Part shown: in pieces, positions 1-12,670 of the stretch
How the letters are laid out: each line of letters opens with the position of its first letter
Numbering within the stretch: position 1 is the first letter of the stretch
Source: Eledone cirrhosa
Taxonomy: Eukaryota
Assembly: GCA_964016885.1 (NCBI GenBank)
Contig: OZ024747.1
Span: forward strand, 63,116,001 to 63,180,000
Length of the DNA stretch: 64,000 nt
Direction of reading: 5' to 3'
The notes under the pieces: model-generated
Databases searched by the model: none
Told to the model about the DNA's origin: nothing
What the model saw: only the letters and a program-made list of their open reading frames with translations
Program-made: the position numbers and the translations under genes

Positions 1-54
1 ATAATATAATTAAGTTTTTTATCTTCTTTTTATTGTATGTATATATATACCTGT

Positions 55-228
55 TAATCGAAGGGCCAGCCATGTTACATTCTGTGTCCTGCTGAACCTC
101 CCTGAGAACTACGTTAAGGGTATGTGTGTTTGTTGAATGCTCAATCAATTGCACGTTAATTTCACAAGCAGGCTGTTCTGTTGATTGTATCAACTCGAAC
201 ACTCATTGTCACAACTGATGGAGTGCCG
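55..228 (+). mobile_element. 3' part of an interspersed SINE-like repeat
   Basis: Similar to 62545-62715 and 23590-23830 (gcacgttaatttcacaagcaggctgtt...actgatggagtg). Confidence 0.6.
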
Positions 229-235
229 TTAAATA

Positions 236-432
236 TATAAAACAAAGAGGGTGAGGTAAGATGCCAGGTGGACCATAACGCACCAGAGTACTCAATACTT
301 AGGGTAGTAGAGTGGGTAATAGGAAAAGAGTCAGGACCCCGACGGTTGAGCTCCGGCTGTTTCAAACTCAGTTCAGATCTAGCTGTTGAAATGGCTGGTG
401 CTCTGCCGTCAGGGTCCTGACTCTTTTCCTAT
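236..432. mobile_element. Fold-back element (hairpin 319-432) with putative hammerhead 3' halves
   Basis: ataggaaaagagtcaggacccc...agggtcctgactcttttcctat inverted arms; 270-317 recurs at 46932-46980 and 14408-14460; TA-rich flanks. Confidence 0.6.
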
Positions 433-1166
433 ATATGCATATATATATACACACCATCACCATAATCCTTATCATCATTTGACATCTATATTTACACGTA
501 GTTAGATGGGTTATCACATTATGAGATAAGTCAGATCTGGAGATGAGATCTTGCTCATATGAATCTGTATTTTGGTATGGATTCTACAGCTGGATGCACC
601 TCCTAACACCAACCACTGTTGTTTAATTTCTTAACATCTTTCAGAGATAGGTTAACTATGAAAGTAGCATTTGCTCAGAATTCTCCAACGAGCTCCCCAC
701 CCGCCCCCCCAAAATACTTTACAACTATTTTGTTTTCAATATCATTAACCTATTTTTTAAAAGTGCATCTTATTTATTTGTCAGCCTACGGTATTTCACT
801 CCCATTGATTACCAATAAAAGAGCTTAGTCTTTAAAATATCTTATACTATTTTATGAATTCTTGGCTCCTTATCTACTTTTTCTTAAATTCCTATGTTAA
901 TCTAGCACTAGGACATACTTTACGATTTATTCAGAGTTGGTCGGAAATCGGAAATAGTGAGAGAATATAAGGTTTATAATACTCTAAAAACAATGTAAAG
1001 TAAAGTAAAATGTATTTTCTTCATTGATTCTAAGAATAATTTATGAACATAAAATAATATCTTTTAGGATAGTATAGTACTCTGTAACCTTATCTTGTTT
1101 GCTAAATAACCATTTGTTTCCCATCAACCTTTTATTGACCTTTGTCATTTCAGACTTGAAGCATTC

Positions 1167-1368
1167 GGGTGGTGGAGAGTCGGGCACTATGCTTTGTATC
1201 ATAGTTACGTCCCTTTACATTCTCAGTTCAAATCCCACCGAGGTGAACTTTGCCTTTCATCCTTACAGGGTCGATGAAATAAAGTCTCAGTAACACACAT
1301 GGGTTAATTTACTCAACTTTTCTCGCCACCAAAGCTGTTGGCCTTGTGTCTAAATCGGAAACCATTAT
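1167..1368 (+). mobile_element. tRNA-derived SINE, family 1
   Basis: B-box agttcaaatccc followed by shared core gaggttaactttgcctttcatccttac..ggtcgat.aaataaagt; >15 copies in window. Confidence 0.8.
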
Positions 1369-1468
1369 TTAATCCCTTTGATACCAACACACCTGAAATT
1401 GCTCTGACTCTATGATACAAAGCTGCTTGTATTTTCTTATTTTCATACATATATTAAAACCTCTCATT

Positions 1469-1649
1469 ATTGGCAGTATCGGTAGACGGTGGGACGCCAT
1501 GCTTTGACGCATAGTTACAGCCCTTGCCATTCTGAGTTCAAATCCCACCGAGGTTAACTTTGCCTTTCATCCTTATGGGGTCGATAAAATAAAGTACTAG
1601 TAATACACTGGGTAATTGCTGGCCTTGTGCCAAAAGTAGAAACAATTAT
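1469..1649 (+). mobile_element. tRNA-derived SINE, family 1
   Basis: A-box tggcagtatcggt, B-box gagttcaaatccc, same core and tail ggccttgtgcc..aagtagaaacaatta. Confidence 0.85.
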
Positions 1650-1675
1650 AATTTTATCTAAGAACCTTTTGTTGA

Positions 1676-1990
1676 TTTTCTTCTCCTTCTTCGCCCACTT
1701 ATCCTGGGAGAGTTGTGGTGGCTGAGTCCTCAAATACATCTTCCAGTGGGTCCTGTCAGAAGCAACCATCTCCAACTGATCCAGCTGGATCCATAAGCAA
1801 GATTAGTCAGGCTCGTGGATGTTATTTAACCTTCTTTCTCGGTGCCCACCCCTGGGTCTCATGTTGGTTGGTTTTGCCCATAAATTTGTCCAGTGATTCT
1901 TCCCTGAGATATTCTAACTGCATGTTCATAGTATCAGAGCTGTGATCTCTCAATTCAGAGTCTCTACCTGGAGCAACTCTCTGATCTCTA
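1676..1990 (-). mobile_element. RTE-like LINE 3' end remnant
   Basis: Homologous to 8376-8580 (-) and 29500-29882 (+); (GAA)n tail on minus strand. Confidence 0.7.
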
Positions 1991-2319
1991 AATATCATTT
2001 ACTTTACTAAATGCTTTCAAATTTTTGATTATTTAAAAAATTAAATGAAACACATAGGCAGTATATTCCATCAGAAACATGGTTAATCAAATAATTTCTA
2101 ATTACTTACTGCAGCATCTTCAATAACTATTGTTGATTGAGCTATAATTTAGTATGGCAATACACCATAATGTTATTTCACACAATCATTAATGCTATGG
2201 GGCATTCATTTAACTACTTAAATTTTAATAAATGACTATTATATTTAGGAGACAAACAAAATTTTATTTTATTCAAGTTACATAAGTGTTTGTTTTGGTA
2301 AGGAAGTACAGTAAAGTAT

Positions 2320-2680
2320 TCATCATTATCATCATTATTATGTCTATTTTCTATGCTGGTATAGGTTAGATTTTTTTTTTCCAGTACAGCATATCTCAAC
2401 TTTTGTCTCTTCATTATCATCTTCTTTATGAAGTATAGTTTATTGTATTTAGCTTTCACCACCTCTGCCCATGTCTTCATTTGTCTTCCTCTTTTAAGAT
2501 TTCTTTCTACTAGGAACTCCTGGCACTTCTTCACTCAACAATCACCATCCATATGCATTACATGTCTGTCTGAATCACTACAATCTTCTCTTTTGCATGC
2601 AACATTTGATTCATCATATACCCATTTTTCCGCCACTCATTTGTGTCCCCTTATTCATGCACATTACTCATGTAATGGAT
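2320..2680 (-). mobile_element. RTE-clade LINE 3' remnant
   Basis: ORF KKCQEFLVERNLKRGRQMKTWAEVVKA resembles the RTE ORF2 C-terminal GRPxKTW motif; similar to 46330-46500. Confidence 0.7.
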
Positions 2681-3039
2681 AATTTGTGTAATTAACTGAA
2701 TTAATGTAGTATGTTACTGAATTTATTTTATCATTTTAAGAAGTCAGAGTTAATTATAGCAGAAATCTAAGGCAAGATATTCATAATGACCAAAATGAAC
2801 TCTCTCCTGTCTCAACTGATTCTGCCATAGAAATACAAATTATGTGGAAGGCTGGAATATACATATTATATATGCTTTTGTATAAGTCATACATTTTTAC
2901 ATGAAAACACAATGGTGTAAAAACCAGCATGTAAAATAGTGGTCTGTCTTAACTACCTGACTGATGAATCGTGATATGTAATTAAAGTACAGAGCCAAGA
3001 ATATTGTATGTAAATAGTGGTGTGACATCTACATGGTCT

Positions 3040-3362
3040 AGAAAACCTTATCAGTCACTTTCGGACAGGTTTGCAGTCAAGCCCGTAGCAGTGGAGACTT
3101 TTGGTGTCCTTGACTCTAGGACCACTTCCCTACTCACCACCACCAGCTCGGAGTTGACTACCTGCAGGTGTGAGCCTCGTGAGCTGGAATGGCTCTTCCA
3201 ATGTGTCTCCCTCATCATCCTCCAGGGAAATGCCTTCTCTATTCTGTTTGCCAGGGCTGTTGGGCAGAAATTGTGTGGGACCACATTTGCTTATATTAGT
3301 GAGAGATGGGGAGAATGAGACATGGAAGCAGTGACTATACCAGCATTGCTGAAGTATTTTGT
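3040..3362 (+). mobile_element. CRE-clade non-LTR retrotransposon 3' fragment (restriction-like endonuclease end)
   Basis: Translation PVAVETFGVL...WLFQCVSLIILQGNAFSIL matches the PxAVETxG...QRxSxAIQRGNAxSIL motif. Confidence 0.75.
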
Positions 3363-3835
3363 AGAGTTAAAGATTAAGTGATTTCATTACATACCTCATT
3401 AAATCTTATAAGTGATTCAAGTACTGAGCCAAGAATTTTGTATGAAAATGGAGGTGTGGCTATCAACCAGTGTGATGTATATAGTAAGTTCAATGGAATA
3501 AACTTTTACTCTAAAAGATTTACCTTATTGATAACTAGAAACATTCCTTTGTACCAATTTAACCTCTCTTCCCTTTATCTCCCACTAATATTAATCATAT
3601 GAGGTCAAGTTTATTCCTGAACAATGTGTTACTTGGGTCTGTTGTAACTAAAGGAATTAATCCTTTTGTAACCATATTTCTGTTGAAATATACTGTTTAT
3701 ATCATCATCATGTTATGTCTGCTTTCTATGCTCACATTGGTTGGTCCAATACTATATGGGTCATAGAAATATGACTTGCTCATATGTTCCATATTTTGGT
3801 ATGCTTTCTATAACTGGATGCTCTTCCAAATGTCA

Positions 3836-4090
3836 ACTACTCTGCAGAGTGTACAGGGTGCATTTTATTGTGGAATAAGCACTACCACTTTGCAGAGTGT
3901 ACAGGGCGCATTTTATTGTGGCATAAGCATTACCGCTTTGCAGAGTGTACAGGCTGCATCTTATTGTGGTATAAGCACTACCACTTTTCAGAGTGTACAG
4001 GGTGCATTTTATTAGAGTACCAGCACTACCACCTTTAGAGTGTTCTGGGTGTATTTTATCATGGCACCTGAACTCTTACTTTACAACATG
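3836..4090. repeat. ~47-bp minisatellite, ~5 copies, inside a minus-strand SINE 3' segment
   Basis: Unit cactttgcagagtgtacagggtgcattttattgtggcataagcactac. Confidence 0.85.
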
Positions 4091-4827
4091 TCGCACATAA
4101 ATCTTTCTACTGATATTGAAAATAATCACAAATTTGGAAGGGATCACAAAAATGACTAATTATTTTTTTAATTATTAAATTATGTATTTGATAATTAACT
4201 TCACAAAAAGTTTTTTCATAAAGTTACAATGCAAGTTTTTAATATAAATATAAACATTGTAAAATGAGAGGGTTTGTATCTTAGAATCTGAGGTGGTATC
4301 AGGTGGCTTAATCTTTTAATTACAACTCATTATAATTCTGAAAGAAAGTAACATGCTTTGCATTAGATAAAGCTTTAATTTATATTGATATAATCTAGAA
4401 TTCTTAATTTTTAATAAAATGTTGTTATTGGAAAGTTGTCACCATTTAAATAAATTTCCATATCTTGCTCGTAGAAAACATCTTAATTAAATTTTCAATG
4501 TTGAAATTTTTATTTCATTAATTAGATTTTGAAAAGCTCCGATAGATAACTTGGACATATCTGTTAATTTAATTCTGTATATATATAATTCAGACTCCTA
4601 CATTACCTATATTTTAATCCTATGTACTGATAACAATTATTTGATTAAATTGTGATTACCTTACCTCCAGACGTCTTACAGATGTCTTCTACAGATATAA
4701 TCCCTTTAATTTCACTGATCAGATTTTATGCTACTTTTAACATTTCCGATGCTTAAGTTTCATTCAGTTACATTTTGAGTTCAAATCACACAAAGGTTAA
4801 CACTACCTTCTAATATTTTATCTATAA

Positions 4828-5000
4828 CAATGGTTCCCAAAGTGAGTTCCGCAGAATCCGAGGGTTCCTCAAACAAGTGTCTGGGATTCCATGAAAAGAG
4901 GTAGAGGAGTATATTTATATTACGACTATATAACAGTATTAGGGTTACCCCCAAAGTTTCTGGACCGAAAAGGGTTCTACATTTCGAAAGGTTTGGTCTA
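4828..5000. mobile_element. hAT-like MITE remnant
   Basis: Starts caatggttcccaaagt (CAGTGGTTCCCAAA-type terminus), with internal gggttcc motifs. Confidence 0.5.
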
Positions 5001-5011
5001 TAATAAGGACA

Positions 5012-5214
5012 GTGGATTGGTAGTGTTGGTAGAGCATCAGACAACGTTTTATAGCATAGGGTTATGCCCCTTTATGATCTGAGTTCAGATCCTGACGAGG
5101 TTAGCTTTGCCTTTCATACTTGAAATAATAAAGTACCAGTAATGCATGGGAGTCGATTTAATCTACTTCCCCTCCAAAAAAATTGTTGGCCATGTGCCTA
5201 AATCAGAAACCAAT
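5012..5214 (+). mobile_element. tRNA-derived SINE, family 1
   Basis: Aligns by eye to 1469-1649. Confidence 0.8.
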
Positions 5215-5355
5215 ATCTTGTTAATGATAGATTAGTCTTCTATTTTGTTCCATAGTTTATCCATCAACTGCCACATGACTAACATAAATGTGGTGTGTAT
5301 AATAGAGTATATCTTTGATTTCATTCCATAGTTTATCAGTTAATAATTTTTCATA

Positions 5356-5632
5356 GCAGGTGGAGACCTCTGGTGTCCTTAGCCCTAGGACCACCTCGCT
5401 AGTCACTACCATCAGCATGAGGTTGGCTACCCACAGGTGTTAGCCTCAGAAGCTGGAATGGCTCTTCCAATGCATCTCCCTCACCATCCTCTGGGGAAAT
5501 GCCTTCTCTATTCTGTTTACCAGGGCCATAGGCCGGCCAGCGCATGGGCCCCCATTTGCTTATAATAGTGAGAAATAAGGAGAGTGAGAAAGATGGAGGT
5601 AGTAACCATACCAGCATTGCTGAAGTATTTTG
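5356..5632 (+). mobile_element. CRE-clade LINE 3' fragment
   Basis: Homologous to 3090-3362. Confidence 0.7.
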
Positions 5633-6403
5633 TAATTATCAAAGGATTTTAAGCTAACTTTGTGACTGAAGCCACATGTATACAATGTTTAATTTTCTTG
5701 TTGACATTTTTCATGTATAATAAATTATGATTTTGAAGTTCTTCTATAGTTCATCAATCAATTATCTTATCAATAGTGTTGATATTTTGTGTATATTAGA
5801 TTATGTCTTTGATTTCCTTCCATACTTAAAGAGATCCATGAATACACTGTCAGAATAATATTATAGATTAAGAAAGCACTGTTGCACTGATGACTGAATA
5901 ATTTTCTCTCTTTCCTCTTTGCAAAGAATACAAAGTTTATATATTTTTCAATAAATAGTTTACTATCAAAAGGTGTATTTTAAGAGATTTATATTATCCA
6001 AAATTAATTTCCTGGTTATATTAAAATTCAACAAAGAATGTTGTGTATCTAGTACAAAAACACTAATACCAAAAACAGCTATTTTTAGAAAACTTTGCTA
6101 AACAAAAATTCTTCAATTTACTGTTATAATATGTAAATAAATAATTTAGCAAAGTGTTGAAATAGGTTTTCCGTTCATATTATAAATTTAGTTGTCAAAT
6201 ATTTTTTTATTTTGTTAATGTAATACTCCTGAAATTTATGGTTATATAAGATTTAATAATGAATCCCTATATGCTTTGAAGTATGATACCTAAAACATAT
6301 TCTTTTAATAACAGCTCCATTTGAACATATATACATACATGTGTGTGTGTATGTATGTATGCAAAAAGTAAACAAAAACAACAAAGCAAGCAACACAGTA
6401 CAA

Positions 6404-6457
<54 letters not shown>

Positions 6458-6734
6458 CATACACACATATACATGTATCTTGGCTTATTGATTAGCATAC
6501 AATTTTAAATTATATCTATTCTTTGCAAATAGCAATGCTGCCAATATAAATAAGTTTTATATTATATTGTATTATAGTATGTTATGACGAGAGCGAAGAA
6601 AGCAGAAAATGGTTACAGGTAACAATATCAAGAGCATAGAAAATATTGAATTGTAATAGTGTAGGTGTTGAAAAGAGTGGATTTTAATATGCAGATAATA
6701 GCAGGGACATTTAAAAGCATATCATTCAAAATAT

Positions 6735-6975
6735 TGTATTGTGATATCACAAGCATATGACATGATATGATGCCTTCCTCAGACATGACTGGTCATAGGT
6801 TCATACCTGGAAGGTTCTTCATCAAGGTGTGAGCCTGGGCAAGGTGTATTTTAGAAGACATGCATATGCTAATACATACCAGTCACCATATTCCACAATA
6901 CCAATGTTGTTTAATAGAAAGGCAATGTCTAATTCAATATGGCACTCATTTTTACCAACTGAGTGGACTGAAGCC
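6735..6975 (-). mobile_element. SINE body (related copy at 12790-13085)
   Basis: Shares agaagac...catacc...gatgtt...aaaggcaatg...gagtggactg blocks with the 12790-13085 copy. Confidence 0.5.
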
Positions 6976-6980
6976 AGAGG

Positions 6981-7527
6981 TATTGTACTCATGACCTTAT
7001 GATTGTACTCATGACCTTATGATTGTACTCATGACCTTATGATTGTACTCATGACCTTATGATTGTACTCATGACCTTATGATTGTACTCATGACCTTAT
7101 GATTGTACTCATGACCTTATGATTGTGCTCATGACCTTATGATTGTACTCATGACCTTATGATTGTGCTCATGACCTTATGATTGTACTCATGACCTTAT
7201 GATTGTACTCATGACCTTATGATTGTACTCATGACCTTATGATTGTACTCATGACCTTATGATTGTACTCATGACCTTATGATTGTACTCATGACCTTAT
7301 GATTGTACTCATGACCTTATGATTGTGCTCATGACCTTATGATTGTACTCATGACCTTATGATTGTGCTCATGACCTTATGATTGTACTCATGACCTTAT
7401 GATTGTACTCATGACCTTATGATTGTACTCATGACCTTATGATTGTACTCATGACCTTATGATTGTGCTCATGACCTTATGATTGTGCTCATGACCTTAT
7501 GATTGTACTCATGGCCTTATGATTGTA
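6981..7527. repeat. 20-bp minisatellite, 27 copies
   Basis: Unit gattgtactcatgaccttat (variant gattgtgctc...). Confidence 0.97.
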
Positions 7528-7557
7528 AACCCAACACTTCAACCGCTATTCTTTGAA

Positions 7558-7764
7558 TGTGGATTGGCAATATTGGTAGAGCGTTGTACACCATGCTTTG
7601 TGTCATAGAGTTATGGCCGTTTACATTTTGAGTTCAAATCCTGCTGAAGTTAGCTTTGCCTTTCATGGTCAATAAAATAAAGTACCAATCATGTGCTGGG
7701 TCAATTTAATCAAATTTCCCCTCCCAAAAATTGTTGGCTTTGTGTCTAAATCAGAAACCATTAT
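7558..7764 (+). mobile_element. tRNA-derived SINE, family 1
   Basis: gtggattggcaatattggtagag...gagttcaaatcc...aaatcagaaaccatta. Confidence 0.85.
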
Positions 7765-7981
7765 TTAAATGTGGATTACATTTCCATCTGCATGTTAGAG
7801 TTGAAGGGAGAGGTCACTTGATGAAACCTCTATACAGTTAATCAAATTGCTAGAAATTGCAGCCAATCCTGTCTTAGATTCTAGCTTATCATTTTCGAAT
7901 ATGGTGTGGAGTTAAGTAAAATATTTGTAAATGGTTTTATGAAAATTATGGTTTTATGTTTGATATCCCAACCCAAATAAA

Positions 7982-8042
7982 TACAGGGTGTCCCAAAAAT
8001 ATATACACATATTCATTTTTGTACTTTTTTTAAACACCCTAT
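7982..8042. mobile_element. Tiny Tc1/mariner-like MITE
   Basis: TA-CAGGGTGT...ACACCCT-a termini; a related end ggacaccctgta occurs at ~36419-36430. Confidence 0.45.
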
Positions 8043-8375
8043 GTGTTGGGGAGGCCAACTAATATGGAATGCCTCTTACACCGGTACAGTGTTACACATT
8101 CAGTGAAGAGGTGCCATCTATAGTCAATTTAATCAACTCTATTAGTTTCCTGGTACTTAATTTCCTTGCCTCTGGCAAGATTAAGGATGTAAATATTTGA
8201 TCCTGGCAAGATACCAACTAAGAATGTAAAAGGATGTAATTATATATGACTCTACTTAAAATAATCCAATGTGAAAACTAATAAGGAAATCAGCAGTGTA
8301 GCTATTTGGATGAGAAGGAAGTGGATAGTCTTGTTCACATTTTCACTGTTTGGAATTACGACACTACTATTATTT

Positions 8376-8580
8376 CTTCTTCTTTTCTTCGTCTTCGTCT
8401 TCGTCTTCGTCTTCGTCTTCGTCTTCTCCTTCTTCTTGGGAGGGCCATGTAGGCAGAGTCCAGAAGCAACAGTCTCCAACTGATCCGGCTGGATCACCAA
8501 GCGAGACCAGACAAACTCATGGATGTTATTCAACCATCTTGCTCGGTGTCCACCCATGGGTCTCTTGCTGGTTGGTTTTG
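8376..8580 (-). mobile_element. RTE-like LINE 3' end with (GAAGAC)n/(GAA)n tail
   Basis: Minus-strand peptide KRPMGGHRARWLNNIHEF...LETVAS; homologous to 1676-1880. Confidence 0.7.
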
Positions 8581-8899
8581 AAACACTAATTACTAAATTA
8601 CTTGATTATCTTGGTTTTAGCAAGACATGAACAAACATTTTATTTTTCAGAAATATCCATGCTCCAGCATGGCCTCAGTTAGTTGGCTGGGACAAGTAAA
8701 AGGTAACAACAAATAAATGAAATGAAAGAAAACAACAAACTCCACATTTTCAGTTTGACAGCACATTTCAACTGTGCTCTGTGGAGAAGATAATGAAAGT
8801 GTTGCTATGAAGAACAGCCAGTAATATCCTCTACATTCTTCATTTCCCTTCATACATAGTCTAAAAGTCTAAAGTTTGTCTTAAGTCATTTAAGGCTTG

Positions 8900-9040
8900 T
8901 TAGGCTGGTGCTTATCCCGGTTTCAGGGCCTGAAGCGACTGAGAGTACAATACTCCTCCCTGGATAAGACGCCAGTCCATCGCAGGGTTAAACCCCCAGA
9001 TATTGCTGCTACTCATTTTCAGCTGAGTATATTGGAGTAA
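8900..9040 (-). mobile_element. SINE family 3 fragment
   Basis: Homologous to 23300-23535 (-) and 24730-24960 (+). Confidence 0.65.
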
Positions 9041-9922
9041 TGTCATCTTTTAATCTTAAGAAACAAAATATAAACAGCTATATCAATATTGTATAATTTT
9101 ATCCAGAAAATGTTTTAAATCACAAAATATGTTTATTTTTAATTCATCAATCATATATTCCACTACTTTGTTCAACAGAAATGGTTTTATCTGAAGGAGT
9201 ACTTGAATAATGTTGAATGTGTCAATTAATTCTGTTTTTTGGAGGCCTTTTATGTTCGATGTTTTAATGTAAAATTATTGTATAGAATAGCACTTTATAA
9301 TTACCAAAGTTTGCAAATGAACAGGGTGTTGATAATTGCCTAAAACAACATGTTTTCTCTAAGAAATATTTAAGATTAATTATTATTATTATTTTTCTTT
9401 GTTTATTTCCTTCCCAAATTAATTGTTAACTCTTAATCTGAATATTATGCAGGTTTTGTTTTAGTTCTAAAATGCAAATCATAAACGGAATCAGTTCTTT
9501 TGAAATTTAAACATAATGAAATGGCGAAATCCTTCCATAGCACAATTTAATCATAATGAAATGCAGCAAATCCATCATAGTACAAATATATGATTGTTCA
9601 TATTTTCAGTAGAGATCATACATAAAAAATTGTATTTTTTTCTTTTTAAAGAATCCAAAATATTCTATGACTGTTTTACAGCTGTTTAGCTGTTTTCCTA
9701 TAATGATGTGTTTATTTTTATTTGAAGTGTTATTTAAACTATACTAACCAGTCACAGACTTTGAAACAAAGTATGTTTGGTAATCAGAAAAATAAGGCAA
9801 GCATGCCCAAGGGCAGAGATAATAGAGCCATATTTCTAATGAAAATATTGCTTATAGCTTTCAAACGTTGAATATAACCAAGAATTTAGAGAGATTTTTT
9901 AATATACCTAATTTCTCACTAT

Positions 9923-10150
9923 TAGCCCTTTTACATTTAAACTGGCCATATCTGGATAGAATTCTCTCACTTATTTCTGCTCAAACTTGTTGTAACCAAC
10001 CACTAATACTGATGTTAAGGTATTGTTCTCAAAATAAATAACATCAAAATCTCATAGATTCTATATTATGTGAAGTAAAACCTTTCCATGAAACAAATAT
10101 AGAGTAATATAATATAGCAAATATAGAGTAATATAAATACAAAGGGTTAA
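9923..10150. mobile_element. TTAA-flanked (piggyBac-like) MITE
   Basis: ccctttt...aaagggttaa termini; same family as 10997-11212 in opposite orientation. Confidence 0.65.
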
Positions 10151-10996
10151 GATGATTCTGCAGAGGTCACCTTTGCCTTTCATTCTTTTGGGGATTATTA
10201 ATATAAAGTATAAGTGAAATACTAGATCATCGATATATATATAACCTTTCAATCCTTCCAAATTTGCTAACCTTATGTCTCAATTAAAACCATTATAGAT
10301 TGTTGTTTGGAGCACAATATAAAGTCTCTTACATAAAATCATAATTGAAATGTTTTAGATAAATATAAACCTTTTAAAATATAAAACTTTGTATCATAAA
10401 ACCAAGGTAGTTTCAGGCAGTTTGATTTCAAATAACTACCTTATATATTTTTGTGTATAAATGTTTCACATTAAAAAAGAATAGACACAAAAACTACCAT
10501 ATAATTCCAATTTTAGTATATGTACTGGGGCTAACAAAACCTTATATATAAGCCAAGAATGTTATATGTCAAATGGGTGGATGATATATATCGATATAAA
10601 TTATCTGACATTTTGATTTATACATGAGTATATATGCTGCATTTTTGTCTATGTGATGTCCAGCAGTTTAATTTCATTGTCATGGTGCCTCATAACATGT
10701 TCATCATCATCATCACTTTCCTATACTAGCATGGGTTGGATGTATTGTCATGGTTTGAGAAAAGACATGGTTGGATAACCATGTTTTACATATACGCTTT
10801 ATATTTTGGCTTCCTTTCTTCTGTCAGATGCCCTTACAAATTCCAACCATTTTACAATGTGTACTGGATGCACTTTATCGTAGCACCAGCACTAACCACT
10901 TTAAAGAGTATACTGGTTACATCTTTTCATGGCACCATCACTAACACTTTACTAGTCTACATTTTAATTCCTAACTTAGTGGCTGATACATGCATA

Positions 10997-11212
10997 TTAA
11001 CCCTTTACCATTTATATTACTCTATATTTACTACTGCATTTTCACAGTAAACACTTTATCTCACATAATATCGAATCTAGGAGATTTTGATATTATTTAT
11101 TTTGAGAACAACACCATAACATAGGTATGAACAGCAAGTTATGGCCAGTTTGAACAGAATGAGATGACATAATTCTGGCCAGATATGGCTGGTTTAAGTG
11201 CTTAAGGGTTAA
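10997..11212. mobile_element. TTAA-flanked (piggyBac-like) MITE
   Basis: TTAA-CCCTT...AAGGG-TTAA. Confidence 0.75.
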
Positions 11213-11567
11213 GATAAACTTAACATATATTGTGCATCTTCAACAAATGTTACTATTGGTATCATTCAAAATTTCAATACCTCGATGTACTGGCTATAAA
11301 TTCAATTCCAATAATGATTGGCTGTGTTATTTCAGCCATATAAGTCATTTTATAATTTCATAAAACAGGATGTAACATCATTAAATAAAATATAGCAAAA
11401 TATTCAAGCATTAAAAAAAACATGTTACAGGCTATGTTTTTAATGATTGATATAATGTGAGCAAAACCGTTGAATAATTCGGTCACAATTCTCTTTAATG
11501 AAACAGAATGGCTCTTGAAAAATATGTAATTTAATGCAAACCTACAGGATGTGTTCATATTAATATA

Positions 11568-12011
11568 TTAACCCTTTTATTTCCATATTTCTAATAAAAG
11601 TCTTATGATTATCAAATACAAAGAGAGATACACAATTTTGACAAGGGGCAATAAGCCAGAAACAATATTGTCGGTTGTTACTCTCTGTCACTGCGACAAC
11701 AAACATGATGGTCATCTAAAAATTATAGTGTAATGAGGCCGTTTGCTTGCAAATGAATCAAATATTATTGTTTGATATAAAACTCATGATTACGATTATC
11801 AAATAGTTTTGAAATTAATCAAGAATTTGAAGGGATTTAGTAATATAACTAGCATACTCAGTATCAAGCTGAAGGTTGGAGTATCACTTAACTAAGATTT
11901 GTACATAAAATATGATGGAAAGATTTTATATAAATATAAATACTTTTAAACAAACAGATTTGTATCATAGAACCAGGAGCAGTTTCAGGCAATTTGGTAT
12001 TAAAAGGGTTA
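11568..12011. mobile_element. Second TTAA-flanked MITE family
   Basis: ttaacccttt...aaaagggtta; related pieces at 3657-4320, 10320-10430, 33730-33927 and 48660-48900. Confidence 0.55.
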
Positions 12012-12595
12012 CTGTTATTCTGTTTGTAGTTCTCTTTAGGAAACTACAAAAACATTGAAGCTATCAGAAATACTCACCGTTTTATGCACAGTTTAGCAGA
12101 TGTGCATCAGCTACTGCTATATCTCTGTGAAGGCAAATATACGTGCTTAATGACCAGTGCCATATCACTACAGCTAATGTGTTGTGCACTGAAGCAATTG
12201 CATATACATCTTCCTGCTCCACTTTACATTTCTGAGAGTTCAGATTACACATCTATTTCACAGTTAGGTGGAATTAGTAGTCCTGAGGGATTGTAAAAAT
12301 TGTAAAAATTACCTCCCACTGAAGCACATTCCTATCCATACAAACACTAAAATATAAATGTACAACAATATATATATATATATATATAATTATGTCTGAA
12401 AATCTCTCTTGCTCTGTACATTCATATGTGTGTGTGTCCCCAAGATTTTAGAATAGGTTCACTGTATCCCTGTATAGAAAAATAGGGGACTAAAAGGTTT
12501 AACAACAGGAAGGACATCAAGCTGTAGAATATTGTCTCAAAATGTTCCGTCCAACCCATATAGCATGGAAAAGTGGATGTAAAAGTAAATATGAT

Positions 12596-12670
<75 letters not shown>

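Noticed and set aside
319-432. pre-miRNA hairpin
   Set aside because: Belongs to a multi-copy fold-back repeat; no recognised mature miRNA and no expression evidence
4665-4714. Minus-strand mini-exon EIKGIISVEDICKTSG with GAG|gtaagg donor
   Set aside because: Acceptor lacks a polypyrimidine tract; no supporting homology
6981-7527. CRISPR-like periodicity (also 27590-28375, 43612-44220)
   Set aside because: Head-to-tail repeats with no unique spacers, no cas genes, eukaryotic context
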